A stretch of DNA of 34,636 bases from a virus. Its lineage: Duplodnaviria > Caudoviricetes. Of the stretch, positions 26,665-34,181 are shown one piece after another; within the stretch, counting starts at the first letter, position 1; every line of letters starts with the position of its first letter. The stretch covers positions 1 to 34,636 of IMG/VR virus record IMGVR_UViG_3300022777_000021. The stretch is one strand, 5' to 3'. The notes below the pieces were generated by a model. It was not told where the DNA came from. It ran no database searches and was given only the letters and a program-made list of their open reading frames with translations. The position numbers were made by a program, and so were the translations under genes.

Positions 26665-26780
26665 ACCCCACCCCACACGGCCACGCCGAACGCCAGCGCA
26701 CACACCGCGCCCATGACCGCCGTGATGAGCGCGAGCAACCCGAGCGCGTCGGTCGGGCGGGTGATGAGGGCGTTAGTCAT
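26661..26780 (-). CDS. Single-TM microprotein (39 aa)
   Basis: MTNALITRPTDALGLLALITAVMGAVCALAFGVAVWGGV; coupled on both sides. Confidence 0.65.
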   Translation of the reverse strand: MTNALITRPTDALGLLALITAVMGAVCALAFGVAVWGGV

Positions 26781-26925
26781 GGGTGTATTCTTGAATTAGT
26801 TTTTCAAGATCATCAGCACATTGCCTTTGCCCCTCGTCAAACATGGCGTGTTCAGATAAATCATATTCACGCCACCCGTCAATTAATTCTTTAATTTCAC
26901 TCACCGGGATACTGTCGTCACTCAC
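26773..26925 (-). CDS. Small DDSIPV-family protein, copy 2 (50 aa)
   Basis: MSDDSIPVSEIKELID...CADDLEKLIQEYTHD. Confidence 0.75.
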   Translation of the reverse strand: MSDDSIPVSEIKELIDGWREYDLSEHAMFDEGQRQCADDLEKLIQEYTHD

Positions 26926-27197
26926 CGTTGCGTCACCTCGTTGATCGCGTTCTCCGCGTTCTGTGCCGCTTGCGTCGCTTCGCGGGCGGCCGCCTCAATC
27001 CGGTCGAGTTGCTCCGATACGTCCTCACTCGGCGGGTCCGAGTAATACCCGTCGCCGGCCGCTTCCCATGTATCAAGCAACGCCGAAAGGAATGAATTGG
27101 CCGTGTGGTCCGGCAAATCCGACTGTTCGTCAAACTCGTCTTTGAGTTCGTGGAACCGTTCAAGCGTGCTTTCGTCCACGCTGATTGTCGTCGTCAT
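26922..27197 (-). CDS. RHH-like regulator with coiled coil
   Basis: MTTTISVDESTLERFHELK...FLSALLD; imperfect inverted repeat at 27200-27224 upstream. Confidence 0.75.
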   Translation of the reverse strand: MTTTISVDESTLERFHELKDEFDEQSDLPDHTANSFLSALLDTWEAAGDGYYSDPPSEDVSEQLDRIEAAAREATQAAQNAENAINEVTQR

Positions 27198-27241
27198 GCG
27201 TGCCTAATTAGAATCTAATGGCACAAGTAATTTGTGGTCAA

Positions 27242-27526
27242 TTACTGCGGCGGGTCACGCCCGTAGAGGTCCATCGTATACGATTCGTCGGACACCTCCC
27301 GAACAAAGTGCCGGTCGCAACTGTCGCAGTACCAGCTTGGCGACTCCCCGCCGTCAAAGGCCGCGCGGTCGGGGTCGTGGGTGTGCGCCGGCTCACACGA
27401 CTCCTCACACCGCTCACACACGTATTGCTCGCGTTTTACGCCCAACACGGTGCGGTACGTCTCCGCGACCGTCTGCGCGCCGTTCTCGACCGCCTCTCGG
27501 AGGTCAAAGCCGTCGTCGTCGCTCAT
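27242..27526 (-). CDS. Zn-finger protein
   Basis: CERC...WYCDSC; ATGA coupled to TerL. Confidence 0.75.
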   Translation of the reverse strand: MSDDDGFDLREAVENGAQTVAETYRTVLGVKREQYVCERCEESCEPAHTHDPDRAAFDGGESPSWYCDSCDRHFVREVSDESYTMDLYGRDPPQ

Positions 27527-28851
27527 GCGTCCCTCCCGTACAGGTCCATCCCTTCGCCCGTGGCGTTCATGCCAAAGGCCACGTCATCAAGCGCCTGCGC
27601 CACGGCGTCGAGTTGGTCGGCCTTGCCGCCGGGCCACCCCGCCCATTCCGTGCGGAAATCGCTCCAGTCCATGTCTTTGCCGTTAATGTCGCTCCAGTCT
27701 AAGAGTTTCACCGCGCCGTTGGAAAACGGCACCGAGAGGCCGATGATTCGGTCCTCCTTGCTCGCGTCGGGCGTGTGCGGGATCGGCGTCAAGCCGTGGT
27801 CCTCTAAATCCTCCTCAAACCACGCCTGCGCCTGTACTTTTTCGTATTTGACGCGATTCGTCCGCACCCACCCAATGCTATCGCGTATCCATTGGGCCGC
27901 TTGTGACGGCGCTTGCCCGCGGCGACGACGCACCTCACACAGATACGCTTCGTTATGGCGCGGGTGTTCGGCGACGACCGCAAGCGCCCAATAGTCCGTG
28001 TCGTTTTCCCGTGCTTTCGCGGCGTCCATTTCTACGCCGAGGTCCACCGACACGTGCCACCGCCAATTCGTGCCGTCTAACACCTCGGCGGGTTCCGTCT
28101 CAAGCATATCCAGCGTCAGGAGCGTCCCACCGCTTTGCGGGTCGGCAAGGTACTCCTGCCGGAACACGCTTTCCGGGGCCGTCTCCTTCGTCGCGTCCAC
28201 CTCCGAATCGGGGATAAACGGCGTGTCATACGCCGTCGCGTGGAAACTCTGCCAATTGTCGGCCGCCGGCTCACCGTTTGAATACGGCGCGTCGGGGGGT
28301 GCGCCACGCACGTATGAGTCATAAAAGTGGTTCTCGCCGAGCGGCTTCGAGATAAGCACCGCGCCCCCGCCGGAGTCCATGAGCATCGGGCGTAAGTCTT
28401 CGTCCCACACCTCCGAGGGTGAATACGCCCACTCGTCGCCAACGATGAGGTCAACGCCCCCGCCTTGAAGCCCTGAGCGATTGCCGTAGCTCAAGAACTC
28501 GATTTCCGCGCCGAACGTGAACGTGATCTTGCTCGGCCCCCACTCCGACCCGCGCGTATTGTCGTCGTCAATGAGGGCGTCGGGGATTTTCGCTTTCGCC
28601 TTCTTGTAGCCGTAGAGGTACGCCTGTCGGTAGGTCGGCGCGACGTGCCACGCGATCACGTCGGTGCGGTCGTCGGTGCCAAAGTCGTAACTGTCGGGTT
28701 GGGTGGCGTAGTCGACTTCAATCGCGGTCGACACCTCATTTTTGCCGAACCGCCGGCCCATCATGCCGACCCGAAAGCGGGCGTCCGACTCAAAGAGTTC
28801 GCGCTGTTTCTCGCTCAAGTGCCACTCAAAGCGAAAGCGACGTTGGCTCAT
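27523..28851 (-). CDS. terL: Terminase large subunit
   Basis: GRRFGKN Walker A, LIVGDEWA Walker B, ISKP coupling motif, FRQEYLA, nuclease motifs VDLG and DQLDA. Confidence 0.95.
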   Translation of the reverse strand: MSQRRFRFEWHLSEKQRELFESDARFRVGMMGRRFGKNEVSTAIEVDYATQPDSYDFGTDDRTDVIAWHVAPTYRQAYLYGYKKAKAKIPDALIDDDNTRGSEWGPSKITFTFGAEIEFLSYGNRSGLQGGGVDLIVGDEWAYSPSEVWDEDLRPMLMDSGGGAVLISKPLGENHFYDSYVRGAPPDAPYSNGEPAADNWQSFHATAYDTPFIPDSEVDATKETAPESVFRQEYLADPQSGGTLLTLDMLETEPAEVLDGTNWRWHVSVDLGVEMDAAKARENDTDYWALAVVAEHPRHNEAYLCEVRRRRGQAPSQAAQWIRDSIGWVRTNRVKYEKVQAQAWFEEDLEDHGLTPIPHTPDASKEDRIIGLSVPFSNGAVKLLDWSDINGKDMDWSDFRTEWAGWPGGKADQLDAVAQALDDVAFGMNATGEGMDLYGRDA

Positions 28852-29321
28852 TCGTCAACGACTTCGGTCACGGTTACAACGTCACTCGACACCTCCACCG
28901 CCCCGCCGTCCTCACCCGTGATTTCCTTGCGTTCGGTCTTCACGTAGTCAAAGGATGTACTCAATAAGAACCGGGCGTGTTGCCCGTCCATTTCTCGCGG
29001 GGCGTCCTCCTCGTTGAACAGCGGCCCCGTGACAAGTCGGCGCTCCCCTTTGGACCGCGCACGCATGAAGGCCGTGCGAAACTCGGGGTGTGCGTCCAGA
29101 TACCGCAAGAGTGACGCCTTGTCAACGCCCGCCGCGCGAGCGCACCCAGCCTTGGAAAAGCCATTGTTGGCGGCGTCAAGAATATCCTCATGGTCGCTTT
29201 CGTCAATCGCAAAGTCGCGCCCGGTGTCCGGCGGGTCGTCGGTGTCGTGCCACGGACACGACTCGGCGGGGTTCTCACAGGGCGTTCCGTCCGTGGTTTC
29301 CGCGCCGCACTTGTCTTCCAT
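28848..29321 (-). CDS. terS: Terminase small subunit
   Basis: Upstream of and coupled to TerL; CGAETTDGTPC...CPWH plus HTH (CARAAGVD) and KEITGEDGG tail. Confidence 0.85.
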   Translation of the reverse strand: MEDKCGAETTDGTPCENPAESCPWHDTDDPPDTGRDFAIDESDHEDILDAANNGFSKAGCARAAGVDKASLLRYLDAHPEFRTAFMRARSKGERRLVTGPLFNEEDAPREMDGQHARFLLSTSFDYVKTERKEITGEDGGAVEVSSDVVTVTEVVDE

Positions 29322-29362
29322 GCGCGTTCAAAGGGCGGCCGCGCCCGTAAGCCTATGGGTCG

Positions 29363-29827
29363 TTACTCGCCGTCAAACATCTCCTCCCGCGTTTTCGTCT
29401 CGGCGTGGAAACGGCGGGCCATCCATCGATATTCATTTTCAATCTGCGTGTTCGGGTTGTCGGAGTGCTGTTGTGACGCCTCCCATAGCACGTCTCCGAT
29501 AAACCGCGCCTCAAAGTCGGTGAAGTTCATGCTCACGCTTTCGTTGGCGTTGAGGTGGCGCTTGTGGTTGCTTTCGCGGGCCAACTTTTCGGCCACGGCT
29601 TCGCGGATGTACGCTTCTTTGTCTTCGGCGTGGCCGTTGATCCGCTCTTGAATCTCTGGTTGTAGCGTGAGGGAGAGCGCGTCACTATCAACCGCCTCGG
29701 CGTCGCCGCCAAACACAAGGCCAATGCCGTCCCGGATTAGTTCGGTCATGGGGCGGTCGCACGCCTTCATGCGTTTGTAGGTGTCTTGTTCAACCATCGC
29801 CGTCACTTTCTGCTTGTCGTCACTCAT
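29363..29827 (-). CDS. Tandem RHH-like protein
   Basis: KVTAMVEQDTYKRM...TELIRDGI and LSLTLQPEIQERI...EAYIREAVAEKL. Confidence 0.7.
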   Translation of the reverse strand: MSDDKQKVTAMVEQDTYKRMKACDRPMTELIRDGIGLVFGGDAEAVDSDALSLTLQPEIQERINGHAEDKEAYIREAVAEKLARESNHKRHLNANESVSMNFTDFEARFIGDVLWEASQQHSDNPNTQIENEYRWMARRFHAETKTREEMFDGE

Positions 29828-29960
29828 GAGAATCACCGCCGTCAACAGCCGCGAGGAGGCTACGGATCGCCTCGTCGTAGTTATCAAGCCCGTTATCCTC
29901 TTTGTAGGACTTGAGATTGTTACGCGTCTCTTTGCCGCATTGGATCGTGGTTACGTCCAT
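29820..29960 (-). CDS. RHH/antitoxin-like protein (46 aa)
   Basis: MDVTTIQCGKETRNNLKSYKEDNGLDNYDEAIRSLL; inverted repeat aactatg/catagtt at 29965-29979. Confidence 0.75.
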   Translation of the reverse strand: MDVTTIQCGKETRNNLKSYKEDNGLDNYDEAIRSLLAAVDGGDSHE

Positions 29961-30005
29961 ATCCAACTATGGCATAGTTAGACTATCACATAAAACTATG
30001 GGTCG

Positions 30006-30146
30006 TTACAGCCGCTCAATCTTCTTGAACGGGAGTCCCCGCACGTCATGCTCATACACGTGGATGAACCGCTTCCGACGCCCACCGGCTGCGCCGTAGG
30101 TGTCGGGCCACGGGCCGGCGTCGTCACACACGGGACACTCAATCAT
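30006..30146 (-). CDS. C2H2-like microprotein (46 aa)
   Basis: MIECPVC...HVYEH. Confidence 0.6.
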   Translation of the reverse strand: MIECPVCDDAGPWPDTYGAAGGRRKRFIHVYEHDVRGLPFKKIERL

Positions 30147-30261
30147 GAAGGTCAACCCCCGCGTGACACTCGTCGCAGTACGTGGGTTTCGCGCCAAATC
30201 GATACCGAAGCGTTTTGCCGCATCGATCACATGTCGTGCGATATGGACGATCCTCACTCAT
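30139..30261 (-). CDS. Zn-finger microprotein (40 aa)
   Basis: MSEDRPYRTTCDRCGK...YCDECH. Confidence 0.7.
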   Translation of the reverse strand: MSEDRPYRTTCDRCGKTLRYRFGAKPTYCDECHAGVDLHD

Positions 30262-30559
30262 CAACGACTACCCACCCTTCACCGCGGATATGTTCATATC
30301 TCGGTTCCTCAAGTCGGGGTTCTGGATGATGGCACTCCCCGCTTACGTGTCGGCGGACTGCCGTCGCGCCCATATCGTGCGCCTCAGCTGTCTCTTTGGA
30401 ACTCATACCGTCACCGATACATTCTCGAAAGGTGTCACACAACTCCGGCGTGACGCGTCTGTGCCCGCCAGCGGCGGTATTGGCGATTCCCTTTATGATG
30501 CTCATGTCAACGGTGCCGTCCTCGTCTAACAAGTCGCTTGGTTCTAACTGTTTGCTCAT
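30254..30559 (-). CDS. HTH protein
   Basis: GMSSKETAEAHDMGATAVRRHVSGECHH. Confidence 0.7.
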   Translation of the reverse strand: MSKQLEPSDLLDEDGTVDMSIIKGIANTAAGGHRRVTPELCDTFRECIGDGMSSKETAEAHDMGATAVRRHVSGECHHPEPRLEEPRYEHIRGEGWVVVDE

Positions 30560-30753
30560 TTGAGGTCTTGGAGCCGTTCGTTCAGACGGGCGATACGGTC
30601 AGGGCGTGGGTCGGCACGGTCGGCCTCTGCGCTCGCGGCGGCGCGGAGTCGGTCGGCGTCTGTCTCATTGGCCACGCGAATCTGGAAGAAGCGGTCGGGC
30701 CATGACACGGCTGCGTCGCCCCACTTGTCGGCGGGGAGCTTGCCGCTCGTCAT
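30556..30753 (-). CDS. Hypothetical protein (65 aa)
   Basis: ATGA coupled on both sides, GGAGG upstream. Confidence 0.7.
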   Translation of the reverse strand: MTSGKLPADKWGDAAVSWPDRFFQIRVANETDADRLRAAASAEADRADPRPDRIARLNERLQDLK

Positions 30754-31097
30754 GCGTGCCTCCGATTGAACGCTTTGACGTTTGCTTTCATGCGCTCGCG
30801 TTTCGTCGCTATCTCGTCGGTCACACGGTCAACGTACCGATCTAACTCGGCGGCCGTGGCAATGACGTAATACCCGTCCGCGCAACTATCAATCGGAGGG
30901 CCGGTCGGGTCGTCGCGCAACTCGGCGATTACGTCCCGCACGGTCGTTTCGGCCACGGGGACGAACGCGGCGAGGTCCGCGCCACTAATCGCGTTGTCGC
31001 GTCCGACATGACCCGTTGTGAGCGCGCGGTGAACGACGCGGCGGGAGTAGCGCACGGTGCGCTCAGGGCTGTCGGCGTAGTGTTCGGCGCGGGTCAT
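30750..31097 (-). CDS. Winged-HTH protein
   Basis: GRDNAISGADLA...TVRDVIAELR...GYYVIAT. Confidence 0.8.
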   Translation of the reverse strand: MTRAEHYADSPERTVRYSRRVVHRALTTGHVGRDNAISGADLAAFVPVAETTVRDVIAELRDDPTGPPIDSCADGYYVIATAAELDRYVDRVTDEIATKRERMKANVKAFNRRHA

Positions 31098-31693
31098 GCC
31101 TCTGCCTCCACGGGAATCCCGTTCTTGCTAAGGAGTTCAACCACGGCGTCGCGGTCCATGCGCCACGTGTTCGGCTTTCGCGTGGACATGAACGCCTGTG
31201 TGTCTGTGATCGACTCGGCATAATCATCAACGGTTTGCGGCGTGGACACCTCGGCGACTTCTTGAACCGCCTCTTTGATTGTTTCAACGTGCCACTTATC
31301 CGCGCCGTCAGACTGATACAACGCTCGGATGACGTGAAGCTCCCGCTCCTTGCGGTCGCCCGGACTCTTGCCCTTCGGGACTTTGGCCGCGCCGTCTGAA
31401 TCCGTAATTTGGCCTTTTACTTTTTGACCATCCGCGTTCTCTATGCGGTTGATGACTTGCCGCAGTAGAGCTTCGTTTTGCTTAGTTTGGTCGTCTATCT
31501 GTGCCACCGTTTCGTGAAGTTCGTCGTCGTCCATGTATTCTAACATCGCCCGCTCAAGGGCGCTACCGACGTTTGAGTACGCACGGCCGCCGTTAGTATC
31601 TTCGACCCACTCGCGGAACGCGGCATATACACCACGGTCCACGCGTGCGCCGACCTTAGTCTGTTCCCCCTCGGCAACGTCCTCCTTACGCAT
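31094..31693 (-). CDS. RHH + coiled coil + wHTH-like DNA-binding protein (candidate replication initiator)
   Basis: KVGARVDRGVYAAFREWV...GSALERAMLEYM, then a helical C-terminal domain; lies next to a repeat region. The initiator role is inference only. Confidence 0.55.
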   Translation of the reverse strand: MRKEDVAEGEQTKVGARVDRGVYAAFREWVEDTNGGRAYSNVGSALERAMLEYMDDDELHETVAQIDDQTKQNEALLRQVINRIENADGQKVKGQITDSDGAAKVPKGKSPGDRKERELHVIRALYQSDGADKWHVETIKEAVQEVAEVSTPQTVDDYAESITDTQAFMSTRKPNTWRMDRDAVVELLSKNGIPVEAEA

Positions 31694-31943
31694 GCCGTGT
31701 CACCCCCGGAGCCGCCAGCACGGTTCCGCCTTGGAACCGAACCGGGGCGAGAGCGGTGGGGGCGTGGTGGGTGTGGTGGTGGTTTGGAACCACGTTGGAA
31801 CCATCAACCACCACCGTCGCCGCTCCGTCGCTCCCGCAACGGCCGTGTCGCGGTCTATCTCGGCTGTTCGGGGATGCTTCGCCGCCCCCGCGTGGAGCGC
31901 CACCGCTCAAAATAAAAGCGTTTTCTAAATTAAGCGGGGTCAT
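31686..31943 (-). CDS. Atypical 85-aa ORF spanning the repeat region
   Basis: GGAGGTGA upstream and coupled on both sides, but composition is non-acidic. Confidence 0.4.
   Translation of the reverse strand: MTPLNLENAFILSGGAPRGGGEASPNSRDRPRHGRCGSDGAATVVVDGSNVVPNHHHTHHAPTALAPVRFQGGTVLAAPGVTRHA
31721..31935. repeat. Repeat cluster, candidate replication origin
   Basis: ttggaacc x3 (31731, 31784, 31795), 10-bp inverted repeat 31775-31784/31806-31815, G-rich tract, AT-rich patch at ~31909-31933. Confidence 0.45.
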
Positions 31944-32083
31944 GCGTCACCTCCGGCGGCTTTCGTTTCTACCCGGCCGCAACGCGGGCACTCACGCGCG
32001 CCGTCCGCAAGGACATACGCGGCAAGACACCCACAGCGGCAGGGGTCTGTTCTATCAATCGGCGTTCGGTCGGTTGCGATCAT
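31940..32083 (-). CDS. CPxCG Zn-finger microprotein (47 aa)
   Basis: ...PCRCGC...ECPRCGRVETKAAGGDA. Confidence 0.65.
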   Translation of the reverse strand: MIATDRTPIDRTDPCRCGCLAAYVLADGARECPRCGRVETKAAGGDA

Positions 32084-32091
32084 GACGTGTC

Positions 32092-32189
32092 GCAGAAAGC
32101 GCCACGGGCTGACCGAAACGGTTACAACACCGGAGAACCAACGCCAAGATGGTCAAGGCGTGGGTCGGTTCTCCCGCGTCGCTTTCTGC
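32092..32189 (-). ncRNA. Structured 5-prime leader or ncRNA
   Basis: Perfect 10-bp stem gcagaaagcg/cgctttctgc enclosing ggagaaccga/ttggttctcc and acgcc/ggcgt. Confidence 0.55.
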
Positions 32190-32234
32190 TTGTCCCGTAG
32201 TAACACGGCCGTCCCTAAAAGGATTGCGACGGGG

Positions 32235-32636
32235 TTAGAATAACTCGCCGTTCGCGTAGGCCACGGTGTCGGCGTCCGACAACGACCGCGCCCGATCCCG
32301 CTCGGCGACGCCCGACCGCTCGCCCGGCCACACACCCACCACGCCCGCCACCTCAAAGGCGCGAAGCAACGACGCCCGGCGCACCTCCCCGCGAGCGTGG
32401 TCCATCAAGCGCCCATACACGTCGCCGGACTCACCGACGTAAATCACTCTGGAAGCGGCGGCAAGCTGGTCGGCCATGGCGTCGGGGAACGGGTGGTCGG
32501 CGACGTTGAGGCGAGCGCGTTGAACGGCGTCGACGGCGTTGGGCACGCTCACCTCTAAGGCGTACACGCCCGGCCCGTGTGCGTCGGCAAGGTGGCCGCC
32601 GTGGTCTAACGCTTCTTGGAGTTCTGTGGGTGTCAT
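32235..32636 (-). CDS. GIY-YIG nuclease family protein
   Basis: PGVYAL...IYVGES...RLMDH...E. Confidence 0.8.
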   Translation of the reverse strand: MTPTELQEALDHGGHLADAHGPGVYALEVSVPNAVDAVQRARLNVADHPFPDAMADQLAAASRVIYVGESGDVYGRLMDHARGEVRRASLLRAFEVAGVVGVWPGERSGVAERDRARSLSDADTVAYANGELF

Positions 32637-32657
32637 TAAATTACGTCTCCGGATCCA

Positions 32658-32816
32658 TCACGCATTGATACCACGCTCGCGTTTCTCCGCGTGCTGACGG
32701 CAGTAGTACCGGCCCGTGTCGGCGTCATACGCCCAATCGCCGGTATCGTAGAGCGGGACGAGGCAATCGGCACACCGGCCGACCTGATCAGTTTCTCCGT
32801 CGTCTTGCTCACTCAT
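32658..32816 (-). CDS. Zn-finger microprotein (52 aa)
   Basis: CADC...YYCRQH. Confidence 0.7.
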   Translation of the reverse strand: MSEQDDGETDQVGRCADCLVPLYDTGDWAYDADTGRYYCRQHAEKRERGINA

Positions 32817-32938
32817 ACGTCATACCCCGCTTCGGCGAGCATCCGCGCAAGCGCGTCTTTACGGCTCATGTCGTGGTCGTCGGCATACGATTCGACTTCC
32901 GCAGCGGTCGGGTCGGTGACTTTCATAGTCTTCGCCAT
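32813..32938 (-). CDS. RHH regulator (41 aa)
   Basis: MAKTMKVTDPTAAEVESYADDHDMSRKDALARML. Confidence 0.75.
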   Translation of the reverse strand: MAKTMKVTDPTAAEVESYADDHDMSRKDALARMLAEAGYDV

Positions 32939-33021
32939 GCGTCCTATTCTATACACTACGTTACTATAAGTTTTCCTACGTAACTACTAAGTGCCCACGG
33001 GTGTATGTTATATATGTAATG
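32939..33021. promoter_or_regulatory. Divergent promoters with operator repeats; includes copy 2 of the 34-bp promoter (32988-33021)
   Basis: ctacgttacta (32956) and ctacgtaacta (32976) are 20 bp apart and flank the minus-strand TATA. Confidence 0.75.
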
Positions 33022-33162
33022 GGAGTTCAGACCCGAGCCGACTGTGACGGTGACAAAGCGATTGAAATGAAATGCGCCGAGTGCGACGATACGTTTTGGA
33101 CCGACGAGACGATGCTCAACACTTGCCCGGACTGCGGGCACTACAGCATGACGCCGGCCTAA
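33019..33162 (+). CDS. CPxCG Zn-finger microprotein (47 aa)
   Basis: MGVQTRADCDGDKAIEMKCAEC...TCPDCGHYSMTPA. Confidence 0.75.
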   Translation: MGVQTRADCDGDKAIEMKCAECDDTFWTDETMLNTCPDCGHYSMTPA

Positions 33163-33199
33163 CCCGCTCGGAGTAGGTCGGTTCGACTCCGGCCGCGGG
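33163..33199 (+). ncRNA. tRNA top-half mimic (t-element-like)
   Basis: cccgc-tcggagta-ggtcgg-TTCGACT-ccggcc-gcggg: canonical T-loop on a stem stacked on an acceptor-like helix. Confidence 0.6.
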
Positions 33200-33208
33200 C
33201 TTGCGATC

Positions 33209-33295
33209 ATGAGAGACACCGAACTCCGCGGCGAGATTGCGCGCGTCGCCCCGTTCGCAAACAATGACGCCGAAAAGGAGCGGCGCCATGACTGA
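33209..33295 (+). CDS. Microprotein (28 aa)
   Basis: MRDTELRGEIARVAPFANNDAEKERRHD; overlaps the next start. Confidence 0.4.
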   Translation: MRDTELRGEIARVAPFANNDAEKERRHD

Positions 33296-33506
33296 ACGCG
33301 AGCGCATGGTCATGGGAAGCGCCGCTGCCGAAGCTGACATGACCACCGAGGAGTTTGCCGCAGCGACGCCCGACGTACCGGCGGATCGCATACGCTGTAC
33401 CGAGTGTTCGGAGACGTTCATCGGTGACGAACGCAAAAGCACAATTTGCCCGCATTGTCGAATAGAAATGGGCTTAGAATATCTCGCGACGGGAGGCGAC
33501 GCATGA
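33288..33506 (+). CDS. Zn-finger protein (72 aa)
   Basis: CTEC...CPHC; AAGGAG upstream of the ATG at 33288. Confidence 0.75.
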   Translation: MTERERMVMGSAAAEADMTTEEFAAATPDVPADRIRCTECSETFIGDERKSTICPHCRIEMGLEYLATGGDA

Positions 33507-33601
33507 ACGCGTGCGTCTATTGCGGTGACGAGATTGAACGGGAGGGCGGCGCGTTGCTCATGTATTGCGCCTTTTGCGTGGAACTCAAGCGGCCGGCGTA
33601 G
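33503..33601 (+). CDS. Zn-finger microprotein (32 aa)
   Basis: MNACVYCG...YCAFC; GGAGG and ATGA coupling. Confidence 0.65.
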   Translation: MNACVYCGDEIEREGGALLMYCAFCVELKRPA

Positions 33602-34139
33602 CGTACTCGTTTGCCAGCGCGTCGGTCACAACGCCGCGCACGTCGCCGTCCGATTGCGTACCAGTAAGGTGCCGAAGCGGGGTATCCGTACTCGGTTCGT
33701 GGTGTACGTACACGTCCGTTGAGCCGTCGCTATTCGTGAACAGGTACGCTTCGGTTTGCGTGCCGTCCGTGTGCGTAAAGACGACGTGCGCCGTTGTCAA
33801 CGGGTCGCCGTTGCCCGGCGGTCGACGCTTGAGTGAGTTGAGGAGGTGGGGACTCCCGCCGCTACGTCGCAGCACGGTCACAACCTCACGGGCCGGCGCA
33901 TCAATGGTCGTTAAATACTCGGCGTCGTCACGGCCGCCCTTCTCACTTACCAGTACAATACGACCGGGCGCAACGATGTTGAGCAACGGAAACACCCCGC
34001 GCTTGAGCCGGTGTGCGGCGCGGTACTCCGGCCATGTGAGCGTCGTCTGATACGCGCGGGCAAGTCGCAACACGATCCCGAGCGCGACGGCAAGCTGCGG
34101 GTTGTCGGTCAAAAGTTCAACGGCGGTAGTCGGGTCCAT
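33585..34139 (-). CDS. Hypothetical protein with a hydrophobic N-terminus
   Basis: QTEAYLF...DVYVHHEPS...PLRHL; start MDPTT chosen from promoter spacing. Confidence 0.75.
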   Translation of the reverse strand: MDPTTAVELLTDNPQLAVALGIVLRLARAYQTTLTWPEYRAAHRLKRGVFPLLNIVAPGRIVLVSEKGGRDDAEYLTTIDAPAREVVTVLRRSGGSPHLLNSLKRRPPGNGDPLTTAHVVFTHTDGTQTEAYLFTNSDGSTDVYVHHEPSTDTPLRHLTGTQSDGDVRGVVTDALANEYATPAA

Positions 34140-34181
34140 GTGCGGGCTAACGCCCGCCACGCGCAAAAAGATAGGGCCGCC

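Noticed and set aside
2751-29651. Many long plus-strand ORFs in the track (e.g. 4074-4979, 18904-19617, 23275-23985, 27218-27994)
   Set aside because: Ser/Arg-rich antisense shadows of acidic minus-strand genes in high-GC DNA.
33163-33199. Full tRNA gene
   Set aside because: No D or anticodon arm; upstream DNA encodes a Zn-finger ORF.
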